A DNA stretch of 64,000 nt from Octopus sinensis (taxonomy: Eukaryota): positions 7,998,001-8,062,000 of the forward strand of contig NC_043024.1 of NCBI RefSeq assembly GCF_006345805.1, given 5' to 3'. Position numbers and translations under genes: made by a program. Below the pieces are notes generated by a model that was given only the letters and a program-made list of their open reading frames with translations, did not search any database and was not told the DNA's origin. Shown piece after piece: positions 12,641-25,651 of the stretch (its first letter is position 1; each line of letters begins with the position of its first letter).

Positions 12641-15600
12641 CACACATGCACACACATAGATGATGGACGTCTTTTAGTTTCTACCTACTAAATTCACTCA
12701 CAAAGCTTTTGTTTACTGGGAGCAGTAGCAGAAGACCCTTGTCCAGAGTGCCATGCAGTGGGACTGAACTCAAAACTGTGTGACTAGGAAGCAAACTTCT
12801 CACCACACATGCACACCTCTGTCTGTGTGTGTGTGTGGTGTGTGTGTGTATACACATAACGAGCTTCTGCACAGTTTCCATTTACCAAATTCCCCTTGCA
12901 AGACATTGGTTGTCCTGATGGCTTTAGTCACAGACATTTGCCCAGGGTGGTGTGGAGTGGGACTAAACCCTGAAACCAGGAAGCCATGTGGTTGCAAAGC
13001 CTGCTTCTTAACCACAGCCATGTCTGCATAAATGATGTTTTTTATGCTTTCTGCTCTGTATTTACTCTCTTTTACTTGTTTCAGTCATTTGACTGTGGCC
13101 ATGCTGGAGCACCGCCTTTAGTCGAGCAAATCGACCCCGGGACTTATTCTTTGTAAGCTCAGTACTTATTCTATCGGTCTCTTTTGCTGAACCGCTAAGT
13201 TACGGGGACGTAAACACACCAGCATCATTTGTCAAGCAATGCTTGGGGGACAAACACAGACACACAAACACACACACACATATACATATATACGACAGGC
13301 TTCTTTCAGTTTCCGTCTACCAAATCCACTCACAAGGCATTGGTCGGCCCGGGGCTATAGTAGAAGACACTTGCCCAAGGTGCCACACAGTGGAACTGAA
13401 CCTGGAACCATGTGGTTGGTTAGCAGACTATTTACTGTATTATTTTTGTATTAATTTGGACTACCTGCTGTTAACACACCTGGGACAGTAGATTTTTTTT
13501 CTTTACCCACCTGCTGAGAAAAAAAAAAAAGCTTTTATTATCAACACCTTATAAGGGGCAGCATAGTTTCTTTTCTTTCCTTTCTGTTGAATATTTGTTG
13601 GAGGGAGGACTCCCCCCACCCCTTATCAAGACAGTGTTCCCTTTCCTTTCTTCCTACTTGACTACCCATCCATGACCTAAAAGTTGAAATCTACTTTCTC
13701 AGCCTGATGCCATGTTGTTTCCTTTGTGCTGCTAAGATTTGTTGAAGTCCCTTCTCTTCATGTCCCTGCTATTGTTCCATGTGCTGCTGGTGCTGTTTAA
13801 CCTTGAGCTGATCCTCAATGAGCAGGCCTATGATCAAAAGTAGTTCATACTGTTGCTTTGGGGGTGGGGTTGAGTAAGAGGCATACTGTAACTCAAACTA
13901 CAATGTCTAGTCTGTCTTATTTCTTCTTAGTGTGATTTCAGGGAAATTTGGCTCCTATTTCTAGCAGTGTGGGCAACCACATGGTGGTTCTCTCTTTCGC
14001 TTTCTTTTACTCTCTTTTACTTGTGTCAGTCATTTGACTGCGGCCATGCTGGAGCACTGCCTTTAGTCAAGTAAATCGACCACAGGACTTAAATTTTGTA
14101 AGCCTGGTACTTATTCTATCGGTCTCTTTTGCCGAACCGCTAAGTTACGGGAATGTAATCACATCAGCATCGGTTGTCAAGCAATGCTAGGGGGACAAAC
14201 ACAGACACACAAACATATACATACACACACATACATATACATATATACGATGGGCTTCTTTCAGTTTCCGTCTACCAAATCTACTCACAATGCTTTGGTT
14301 GGCCTGAGGCTATAGTAGAAGACACTTGCCCGAGGTGCCACACAGTGGGACTGAACCCGGAACCATGTGGTTGGTAAACAAGCTACTTACCACACAGCCA
14401 CTCCTGCGCTTATACTGTAACCGAAGCTAATATATACAATCTGTCTTATTTTTTCTTAGTGTGATTTCAGAGAAATTTGGCTGCTATTTCTAGCAGTGTG
14501 AGCAACCACATGGAGGTTCTCTTTTTTCGCTTGTATTTTTATTTTTATTGCTTTGAAGCTAGTGGGTGGAGTAGCTCAGTGTTTGTTATGAAAGTTTGTG
14601 GGGAGGGTAGAACCCATGAGATTGAAAAGGGGACATACAAATTGTTATGTTTAACAACATTAACCCATTTAATACAAAACTACCTGAGACTGCCCCCAGG
14701 TTCAGTCTTACAAACTTTTTTACTTCTATGCGATTGAAATCAAAACCTTCCACCAGAATTTCACGTTAATTTATGTTCAAAACACCAACTTAATAATGAG
14801 TTCATCATCATCATCATCGTTTAGCATCCGCTTCTATGCTGGCATGGGTTGGACGTATCAACTGGGGTCTGGGAAGCCAGAAGGCTGCACCAGGCCCGGT
14901 CTGATCTGGCAATGTTTCTACAGCTGGATGCCCTTCCTAACGCCAACCACTCCGTGAGTGTAGTGGGTGCTTTTTACGTGCCACAGGCACAGGTGCCAGG
15001 CCAGACTGGCCATGATCGGATGGTGCTTTTTACGTGCCACCTGTAAAGGTGCCAGATGAGGCTGGCAACGGCCACGATCGGATGGTGCTTTTTATGTGTC
15101 ACAGACACAGGTGCCAGATGAAGCTGGCAAATGGCCACGATCAGATGGTGCTTTTTACGTGCCACCGGCACGGAGGTTAGGCGAGGCTGGCAACGGCCAC
15201 GATCGGATGGTGCTTTTTACATGCCACCAGCACGGAGGCCAGTCGGGGTGGCGCTGGCAACGGCCACGTTCGGATGGGTCTCTTATGTGCCACCGGCACT
15301 AGTATCACAGCTACTATTTCCATTGATGTTGATCGATTTTGAATTCGAAAATAAACTGAATCAAAGGCAGTGTATTTTAACAGAAATTAATGGTATCAAA
15401 AAGGTTGACGTGAAATCTATTAAAAATTCTGGATCTTGTTAAGTTTCTTCTAACCACTGGAAAGTTTTTCAAGTTTCCAGTAGATTATTTTTTTAAAAAA
15501 TAGTTTTGGTGTAGCTTTTTTATATGCTGATGACAAAAATCAAATTAATTTTTTTTTTCTAGAAATTAATCATAAAGAACTTACAAGTTCTGTGTGTACT

Positions 15601-15802
15601 GATCTTTATGGCAATAGAGATCAGTGTACATAAAACTTTTACATAGTCTCTTGATCTGCTAGAAATAGCATCTTTGGAACAATTGGTTACCACCTTTTTC
15701 TTGTAAGCAGTCAAGAATCTAGACTTGTTTGACTAAAATAAACTTTAAATGCTTGTAATTTCTTTATTAATTTCTACAAAAAAAAAAAAATCAACTTTTG
15801 TC

Positions 15803-16158
15803 ATCTCTATATATAAACGGCAAAATGTCTGTGTGTGTGTCCTTTATACAAATCCACAATTTTTCAGTTTGAGGGCTCACACTTTCTATGGTCATTCAAA
15901 GGGTGGTTGTGCACATCTCTACATTTCCCCAGTCACCCCGCAAAGCCATTAAAAAATCAATAGAAGTGACTTTTTAAAAAAAATTTCTATCCAAAACCCA
16001 ATGAAAATGCCAGAAACTTGATATGCCAATTGAATGCCAGCTAGCTGTATGTGATTGGTCGGAGATTTGGACAGTACTCGTGTGTATGTGTGCACGCACA
16101 CAGCTGTATATGCATGCACTAGCACTATGACCCGGCGTTGCTGAGTCATAGTGCTAGT
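15803..16158 (-). mobile_element. Helentron/HINE-like element with a terminal 14-bp hairpin
   Basis: actagcactatgac/gtcatagtgctagt at 16118-16158; other end atctctatatataaacgg. Confidence 0.6.
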
Positions 16159-18122
16159 CAACATATAAAACTATATCAAAAGTACATTTTTTGAAAAACT
16201 AATCTGGTGAAAATTTGAAAAAACTTAGTGGTTGGAAGAGATTTAACAAAATACAAAATTATTCATCAAGATTCCATGTTAATTTATGCACAGATATGTT
16301 AATCTGTGCACATTGGCGCAGGAGTGGCTGTGTGGTAAGTAGCTTGTTTACCAACCACATTGTTCTGGGTTCAGTCCCACTGCGTGGCACCTTGAGCAAG
16401 TGTCTTCTACTATAGCTTCGGGCTGACCAAAGCCTTGTGAGTGGATTTGGTAGACGGAAACTGAAAGAAGCCCGTCATATATATGTATATATATATATGC
16501 GTGTGTGTATATGTTTGTGTGTCTGTGTTTGTCCCCCTAGCATTGCTTGACAACCGATGCTGGTGTGTTTATGCCCCCCCCCCCGTTACTTAGCGGTTCG
16601 ACAGATGAGACCGATAGAACAAGTACTGGGTTTACGAAAGAATAAGTCCCGGGGTCGATTTGCTCGATTAAAGGTACTGCTCCAGCATGGCCGCAGTCAA
16701 AATGACTGAAACAAGTAAAAAGAAAAAAAGAAAGAAACTACAAATGGACACAAAAACGATGATCAGTTGTTGTGTACCCCCCAAGTTTGTTTTCGTCAAA
16801 CGGCTCTAAGATGTTAGTGGGAAACCGAAAGTTATGGCTGCTATTTCTAGCAGGCTGAACGACTACTTAGAGGACTCCTTCATTGCTTTATTTTATTTCT
16901 ATCAGTCAATCAGAGAGGGTAGTTATTTCCCCCCCCCCCACCTCCCACATAGTTGAGACTGATGTGGCTGATTGCATGTCTAGTCTATTCTTCTTATATG
17001 TACAGGGAGGGTCAAAGCTGTAAAACCAAAATCTATACATTGATGCCTGCTTTTTGTGTTTTTTGTCTTTTTTTTCATTCCCTCTTGCATAAGATTCTTT
17101 TATTTTCAAACCTGAAACCTAATCAACATCATCTTAGCGTTTCTTCTATTATTAACACAAAATGCCAGAGTGGAAACGTTCGCTTTGCTCTTCGTTACCC
17201 CCCCCCCCCCCGTTAGTTTTCTGGAAAATAGTCAAGATAAGAGTATACAGAAAAGTACATTCCCCCCCCCCTACTCTTCTTCTTACAACCAACGAAGTTG
17301 CTGTAAGCTATCAATCATGTTCTCAACTATCTCTTTGTAATCTGCAACTTCATACGTTTTCAAGAAATTTCCCAACATTAGATTAAAATCTTTAAGTAAC
17401 TCATCTGAATTCAGCCTCACACATTATCGAACTAAAAATGGTCGTTATTATTCCTTACCACCACCACTAGTTTTTTAATCTCTCTCTATATAAACGGCAG
17501 TTTGTCTGTGTGTGTTTCTGTGTGTCTGTCAGGTTGTACCCTCACCCTGACCACGGCTTTCAACCGATTCTGATGAAACTTGACACACACATAGCCCAAT
17601 GTCATAATTCAAAACTAACGCAGCGAAAATTTTGAAAAGTTCCCCCAGTTCTGAAAAAAATCGATAAATTCGACATGGGGTCGAGAATCAGAAACACAAA
17701 CCACAGACTGTCTAGGGGACGCAACTCGACCGTTTTAACTCTCAAAAAAAATTTACCATAATTTTTTTCCCATTTTTTTGCTATTTTTTGGCTATAACTC
17801 TCTAAAAATGCTTTATAGTTATTTCCCTTACAAATCAGAGCAACACCGGGCGATACTGCTAGTCTGTGATAAAACAAAAACGTTACTCTTTACTCTTTTA
17901 CTCCTTTACTTGTTTCAGTCATTTGACTGGGGCCATGCTGGAGCACCGCCTTTAGTCGAGCAAATCGATCCCCGGGACTTATTCTTTTGTAAGCCCAGTA
18001 CTTATTCTATCGGTCTCTTTTGCCGAACAGCTAACTAACAGGGACATAAACACACCAGCATCGGTTGTCAAGCAATGCTAGAGGGACAAACACAGACACA
18101 CAAACATATATACACACATATG

Positions 18123-18321
18123 TGACCGCGTGTGTACCGTTGGCGATTTTTTTTTTTGTTTTTTTTCCTCTGCCTTCCCTTCTCCTATGTTTCCGACGAA
18201 GAGCTCCGCTCGAAACGTTAAACCCTCCTTCTTTCCTTCTTTCCTGAGCGTCCAATAATACCATATTTGTTCCACGTCCTCGCGTTGTTGTGTTTTTTTG
18301 TGCTTTCTTGTTTGGATTAAC
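18123..18321 (+). mobile_element. Related PLE-like element carrying HHR2, nested in the internal microsatellite of a family-A SINE
   Basis: Shares the GAGC/GCUC stem II and the downstream ttcctgagcg..aatac segment with the HHR1 element; splits the SINE into 17880-18120 and 18322-18502. Confidence 0.55.
18189..18223 (+). ncRNA. Minimal PLE-type hammerhead ribozyme motif, U4C variant (HHR2)
   Basis: GUUU-CCGACGA-A-GAGC(UCC)GCUC-GAAA-CG-UU-AAAC. Confidence 0.7.
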
Positions 18322-19402
18322 CATATACATACATATATACGACAGGCTTCTTTCAGTTTCTGTCTACCAAATCCATTCACAAGGCTTTGGTTGGCCCGAG
18401 GCTATAGCAGAAGACACTTGCCCAAGATGCCACGCAGTGGGACTGAACCCAGAACCATGTGGCTGGTTAGCAAGCTACCTACCACACAGCCACTCCTGCG
18501 CTAGTTTAAAAAAAATTATTGTAATTAAGCTGGTGTTGTGGTGAAATAGATTGTTCATCCTTTGTAATAAGGATCTTAATGCTTTTTTGTTTTCTTATTT
18601 CTTATTGTCATCATCATCATTGTTTTAACATTGTCCTCTTTGCCATGCTTGCATGGGTCAGATAGAATTCATTGAAGCAGATTTTCTAAGGCTGAATGCT
18701 CTTCCTGTCACCAACCCTCTCGTCTTGTCTTGATACAGCATTCACCCGGGGTGGGTTGAACTGGTTTCATTCATCCTCAGTGGTGCATGCCTCACAAATG
18801 CCGACCAGACCTGGCGATTTGAGGCTAACGATAATTTGTGATAAAACAAAAATGTTAACTCTGGGGAAAACAGAGATTAAGGTAATTAAACAATTCTGAG
18901 CATTTTCCCTCTTTTTCGATGCCCAGAAATAGGTACAAATTATGCAATAGAAATTTATACAGGGTCAAAGGGCCACCAACCAACAAGAGTACCACAGGAC
19001 TTTTGTATGTGTAAGATAACATTAAGATAACATGAGCAATCCAATCCATGTTCGACAAAGAAATCTGAATGCTAAAGGGTTAAACATTTTATGAAGTGTG
19101 ACATTCCTTATAAATGGAAAATGATTAGTCTTGAACAAATTCAAGGAATGTTTTAATTTTTTAATGTTTATTTTATCTAGTTTCAGCTCACGAGCTGTGG
19201 CCATGCTGGGGCACCACCATTAAAATAAATACACGCAACGCCCGGTCTGGGAATCGAAACCGCGATCCTCCGACCGCGAGTCTGCTGCCCTAACCACTGG
19301 GCTATTACATTTTTTTTTGTTTTTTTTTTTCAATTTTTTTTTCTTTCATAAAGTGTTTATAGTTTAATAGGATTGTTAATATTTTTTTTCCTTTCATTTC
19401 AG

Positions 19403-20548
19403 GTATTGAAAGTGAAAAGTGATGCAACTCAAATAAAGAACGGTGACAAGGCTGATCCTTCAGTGAGCAAAGATGATGACGATGATGAGGAAGACGATAG
19501 TAGTGTGTTCAATTTGAACTCGGAAAAGATGGATGTGTTATCAGAGGTATCTCTGTCACCACCAATTTTAACTAAAGAGACCGATCGGAATGGTGGCAAT
19601 GCTGCTAGCAGCCATGACAACGTTGCTGCCGACACAGAAGCGGCACGCTTACCGTTCAGCGACGATCCTGATGAGAGTGATTCAAACAGGAACAAGTCGC
19701 GTCCACCATCGTTAGATAATTATAATGAAGATAGCAAAGAGACTGCAACTGGTGATGGTGGTGGTGGTGATGCAGAGGGTAAGAGTAAAGCAGAGAAAAA
19801 GGAGGAGGGAAAAGATGATGATGATGAGGAGGAGGCTGAGGAGGATGCAGGTGAGGGAAAAGGGAAAGGCAAGAGTGCTTTGAGTGTTGGTGATCCCTTG
19901 GAGGGCGAGGCTGCTGAACAGAGTCACAGTAAAGGGCCGCCAGAAGAGAAAGATACAAAAGTTGCTGAGGATGAGACAAGTAGACCTGAAGAGACGAGTA
20001 TGGAGGTGGACGATGCCAAGGAGGTGTCCGGCACCAAGGAAACGGACGCAGCATCAAAGGGAGACGTGAAGATGGAAGTCTCCGAATTGAAAACGGACGA
20101 GAAGGTAGCCAAAGAGGCGAGCGGAGAGCCGGCAGATTCGAAAACAGAATCAACAGAAAATAATAACGATAAAGATAAAGATAAAGACGTTAAGGACAAG
20201 ACGAATGAGGATTTCACCAGTTTAAAGGCGAAATCTGAAAAAAGCGAGAAAGATGAAGAAGCTACTACCACTACTACTACTACTTCTACTTCTGCAGTTG
20301 TTGATATTGAAGGAGACGAAGTGAGCAAGGAGCAGAAAGCTGAAGGCGAGGAGAAATCCGAAGACCCGGCGAAAAAAACTGAAGAAGGCAGGATATCTCC
20401 CCGCCGTACTAGAAGTCAAAACAAGACAAAGATGATCCCAGCGTCCTACCTCGAAGACATTGATCTTGACGACGAAGAGGAGGAGGACGACTATGATCTG
20501 CAGATCACTTCGGTGTCTGGCAAACTAGACATCATGAAAGACAAACAG
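19403..20548 (+). CDS. ZMYM2/3/4 (woc): ZMYM exon A: acidic, low-complexity N-terminal region (VLKVKSD...IMKDKQ)
   Basis: Acceptor ttcatttcag|GTA, donor AAACAG|gtatgc; 382 open codons rich in D/E/K; phase 0 to 0. Confidence 0.85.
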
Positions 20549-20589
20549 GTATGCTTGTTAAGTTCTTTTAACTTCCTATATATATATAT

Positions 20590-20985
20590 ACCAGCAGTAT
20601 CGCCTGGCGTTGCTCGGGTTTGTAAGGGAAATAACTATACAGCATTTTTAGAGAGTTATAGCCAAAAAATAGCAAAAAAATGCATTAAAAATGGAAAAAA
20701 TATGATGGTAAATTTTTTTTTAAATCGTTGACACATCGTAGACATTTTTAGAGAGTTACTTCCCTTTAAAAAAATATGCATGAAAATGGAAAAAAATGAT
20801 GGTAAATTATTTTAAAAATCGTAGACTCATCGTAGACACGCGCTAATACCCAGAAGGGCTCGATATGAATCACGACCATAAGATACCCGGTTTTGGTTAA
20901 ACTGCACCGCAAAATGTGGGAGTAGTTAGGAATCTAAATCGAAGGGGACAGACAGTCACACAACTACAGTTTTATATATAAAGAT
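20590..20985 (+). mobile_element. Helentron/HINE-like element (related copy at 17478-17863 -)
   Basis: 5' accagcagtatcgcctggcgttgctcgg ... 3' ttttatatataaagat; the ends recur in inverted orientation at 17.5-17.9 kb. Confidence 0.65.
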
Positions 20986-21852
20986 GTGTGTGTGTTTTTG
21001 TGTGGTGTGTGTGCACAAGTCCCTTCTTTTGCCCTTCTCCTTCCTCTCTATCTCCTCCTCTCTGTATCGTTTCTTTCTCTTCTCTCTCTCTCTACTCAGT
21101 TTCTTCTCTTTCTCTCCTTTCTACCTCTCCTCATTCTTATGTCTCTCTCTACCTCTCGTATGTCTCTCTCTGTCTCTTCTTTCTCTCTAGCCCTTGTTTC
21201 TCTCTATTTCTCATTTTTCCTCTATCTCTCTCCCCTTTACTTCTCTCTCTCTGTTCTCCTGTGTTTCTCTCTTTGTCTCTATCTCTCTTTGTTTCTTTGT
21301 CTCTCTATCTCTCTTTGTCTCTATCTCTCTATCTCTCTCTTTGTCTCTCTATCTCTCTTTGTCTCTCTATCTCTCTCTGTGTCTCTCTCTCTCTTTGTCT
21401 CTCTATCTCTCTTTGTCTCTCTATCTCTCTTTGTCTCTTTCTCTCTCTTTGTCTCTATCTCTCTTTGTCTCTCTATCTCTCTCTTTGTCTCTCTATCTCT
21501 CTCTTTGTCTCTCTATCTCTCTCTTTGTCTCTCTATCTCTCTCTTTGTCTCTCTATCTCTCACTTTGTCTCTCTATCTCCCACTTTGTCTCTCTATCTCT
21601 CACTTTGTCTCTCTATCTCTCTTTGTCTTTCTATCTCTCTCTTTGTCTCTGTCTCTCTTTGTCTCATTCTGTCTCTATCTACCTTCTGTCTATTTCCTCT
21701 TTCTCTTTCCTCTGTATATGTCTCTCTTCTCTACCTCTTCTGTTATCTATATATCTCTGACACTCTTCTCTCTCTATCTCATCTTTCTCTTTATCTCATC
21801 CTTCTTTGTATCTCACATTTCTGTATTCCTCATCTCTCTCTCTCTCTACCAT

Positions 21853-21899
<47 letters not shown>

Positions 21900-21905
21900 A
21901 TACAC
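20985..21905. repeat. Polypyrimidine (CT-rich) satellite; a similar CCTT-rich tract lies at 37290-37940
   Basis: Recurrent ctttgtctctctatctct units; almost purely pyrimidine on the + strand. Confidence 0.92.
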
Positions 21906-23256
21906 TTCCTGGTTACTGCCATTTCTGAGACTCCTTTAAATCATTGAATCATCAGGTAAAGATCTGCAAACTATCCAATCGCCAATGACCATCCAATCAC
22001 CAGTGTTGATTAGATCCGTTTAATCACATCTCCAAACAGTCAGTTTGTCTATTATTTTATGATAATTATGTGAACAACTGTGTCATTAATTGCATGCTTC
22101 CAACAGATCAGTTGCTGAGTCACTGCCTTTGTGATGGCAGGAGCAGCAAAGGATTGTGGGATTGTCTGCGCAACTCAAGCGGAACGGATGTGGCAATTTC
22201 CGTTTCGCAAGCACTGGTTTCTCGTTTTACTGGTCACCGTTTGAAACCCTGTTGGTGCAGACGTGGCCGTGTGGTTAAGGAACTTGTTTCGCAACTATGT
22301 TTGGTTTGGGTTCAGTCCCACTGCCCGGCCCCTTGGGCAACTGTCTTCTATTATTATAGCCCCAGGCAGACCAATGCTTTGTGAGTGGATTTCGTTGACA
22401 GAAACTGAAAGAAGCCCATAGTGTGTGTATATACACACATATTCTTTTACTCTTTTACTTGTTTCAGTCATTTGACTGCGGCCATGCTGGAGCATCGCTT
22501 TTAGTCGAACAAATCGACCCCGGGACTTATTCTTTGTAAGCCTAGTACTTATTCTATCGGTCTGTCTTACCGAACCGCTAAGTTATGGGGACGTAAACAC
22601 ACCAGCATCAGTTGTCAAGCGATGTTGGGGAGACAAACACAGACACACAAACACACACACAGTTGTAGAGTCTTTCATTGAATGATAGAGATAGCATAGG
22701 CAGATGGTCAATGACAAATACCGTCATGATGTATGATAAACAAGGACTGTTCTCAACTGTAATTAACCAAGCCTGGACGCTTGGTCAGTGTACTCAAATG
22801 TCTAGAAGTCATAGCTGTAACAGTTTAGACTACTGCATCATTATTGTCATCAACCCCTTGACATTACTGTCTCAAATCTTTGGACTCCTAGGACAGGTCA
22901 GTTACCTGATTTCCATGGTGATGTGACCAAGATCACAACAATCCTCCCTGAAGTGGGTGGCAGTTTGTTGCAGGATTACGCATTTATAGAAGAGTTGACT
23001 GGAGCAACGGGAAATAGTGTTTTGCTCAAAAACACACTGCACTGCCCAGTGCAGAAATTGAAACCAGTCTTGCAATCCCTTGTAATTTTCATCTTTTCAT
23101 TTTAATACTCACTCCGTTGACAATTTCTTTTCTAAAATATATTTACTTACTCTTTACTCTTTTACTTGTTTCAGTCATTTGACTGTGGCCATGCTGGAGC
23201 ACCGCCTTTACTTATCTATTTATCCTTTTTTTTTTCTTTTACTATTTTCGCTGCAG

Positions 23257-23305
23257 TTGCTTAAACGTTCCTCTTCAAAACTCTCGCGTCCTGATGGCTC
23301 TTCAG
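23257..23305 (+). CDS. ZMYM2/3/4 (woc): ZMYM exon B (49 nt; LLKRSSSKLSRPDGSS)
   Basis: Polypyrimidine tract plus ctgcag acceptor; TCAG|gtaagt donor; phase 0 to 1 bridges exons A and C. Confidence 0.72.
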
Positions 23306-23364
23306 GTAAGTTTTTTTGACTTGGTTCACTGTGTGGTTTTTATGTGTTTTACTTATGTTTATTT

Positions 23365-23401
<37 letters not shown>

Positions 23402-24994
23402 TACACAATTCGTGCTGATGTAAAAAGTTCCTAAGAAGCATTTGCAGTTGTATGGTTAACTACATCATAGCCAAAGCAAGCTTTAATTATGCTGTGTTGT
23501 TGGATAAGATGACCCTTTTTGATTTACAGCTCTGGGCCTTCAGAAAAAGCAAAGACATTTATTTAAACCCACACATTAAAGGATGAGTAGGTGTGTGTGT
23601 GTACTGAAGTGTATTGGCTGTCATTTTCATTTTGGATATGTAGATGGATGGCTGGATGAATAGAGAACTAGGTGTATAGACAACTTACTTGGAAGGTTTG
23701 ATAGATAGCTAATTAAGCCTATACATGGGTTGAGGAACAAATGGCTAGACTATACATGATTCCAGGGACAGATGGTCAGATGTTTAAGATGGTCTGATTG
23801 ATGCTGGTTTGGTGTTTAACCCACTTGGACGTATTCCCAGTTTACAAGAATTTCAGTTGATGCTCAAATGAATTCCTGATATAGCAAGAATCGGCAAATA
23901 CTTAGGTTAGTCTGGTTAAACTAGAACTTGAGGTGGCTATTCTGAATGAACATAGGTTGTCTGTGCAGAATTTCTCTGTTTACAAAAGCTTGCTTGCAAA
24001 TGGTGCCGTTTCTGGTGGTGGCGCTTTATCTGCTATTTTTTTTTTTACTCGTTTCAGTCATTGGGCTATGGCCATGCTGGGGCACCGCTTTTAAGAGTTT
24101 TAAGTCAAACAAATTGACTCTAATACTTTTTTTTTTATTCTAAGTTTGGTACTTATTTTATCAGTATCTTTTGTCAAATTGCTATTACAGGGATGGAAAC
24201 AAAACATAATATTCACACACACACGTGTGTGTGTGTGTGTGCATATGGTGAGCTTCCTCACAGTTTCCATCCACCAAATTCACTTAAAAAGCATTGGCTA
24301 GCTCCAGGCTATTACTCTTTACTCTTTACTCTTTTACTTGTTTCAGTCATTTGACTGCGGCCATGCTGGAGCACCGCCTTTAGTCGGGCAAATCGACCCC
24401 GGGACTTACTCTTTGTAAGCCTAGTAATTATTCTATCGGTCTCTCTTTTGCCGAACCGCTAAGTGACGGGGACGTAAACATACCAGCATCGGTTGTCAAT
24501 CAATGCTAGGGAGACAAACACAGACACACAATCACACACACACATAATACATATATATATATACATATATACGACAGGCTTCTTTCAGTTTCTGTCTACC
24601 AAATCCACTCACAAGGCATTGGTCAGCCCGGGGCTATAGCAGAAGACACTTGCTACGCAGTGGGACTGAACCCAGAACCATGTGGTTGGTTAGCAAGCTA
24701 CTTACCACATAGCCACTCCTGTGCCTATAGAAGATTTTTGCCCAAGGTGCTTCGTACTAGGATTGAACTGAAAACCACATGGTTGCAAAGTAACCTTCTT
24801 AACCACACAGCCATGCTAGTGCATTTTTTTTTTTTTTTTCTGTTAACCATGTAACTTAATACATCTGAACACTTAGAATGGAAAATAGTTCACAAGACAA
24901 AGATGTAGGTTGCTTAGTACTGATGCTACTGCAAACTCTAGAAGGTTCTGACAAAGATCAATGAAAATTGAATCAAACTCGTCTAGAGGCTGTT

Positions 24995-25651
24995 CTGGAA
25001 TCAATGATAAATATTTCTCAAATAAGAGCTGATTCTTCATCAGCTGGCAGTATTTGACTTAAGAGGTCCATGATTTCCAATTAGTCGACTCTAGTAGTGG
25101 TATGCAGTATTGGTATTAAATTGATAGATTACCAATTCCAGAAAATATTTCCCATTTTCAGGTTTTTTTAGTCAGTTTGCTTTTATCTGAGATATGTGCA
25201 TGTCTGTGTGTCTTGGCTGTGGAGCTCAGTCAGACACTAGTTATTTCCCCATGCTCAGAGCTGACAGAATTACAACGGTGTGGGATGGACAGATGGCTAG
25301 ATGGTTAACCCTTCAGCATTCAGCTGGAATCAATGATAAATATGTCTCAAATAAAAGCTGATTCTTCATCAGCTGGCAGTATTTGACTTAAGAGGTCCAT
25401 GGTTTCCAATTAGTTGACTCTAGTAGTGGTATGCAGTATTGGTATTAAATTGATAGATTACCAATTGCAGAAATTATTCCCCGTTTTTAGATTTTTTAGT
25501 CAGTTTGCTTTTATCTGAGATATGTGCATGTCTGTGTGTCCTGGCTGTGGAGCTCAGTCAGACACTAGTTACTTCCCCATGCTCAGACCTGACAGAATTA
25601 CAATGGTGTAGGATGGACAGATGGCTAGGTGGTTAACCCTTCAGTATTCAG
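24995..25651 (+). repeat. Tandem duplication of a 329-bp unit
   Basis: ctggaatcaatgataaat starts at 24995 and 25324; the units align throughout with scattered substitutions. Confidence 0.92.

Noticed and set aside
1-19402. Upstream ZMYM exons or promoter
   Set aside because: No ATG-containing exon with a phase-0 donor and no CpG-island-like region could be supported; e.g. ttcttcag|ATG near 6762 hits a stop after 3 codons.
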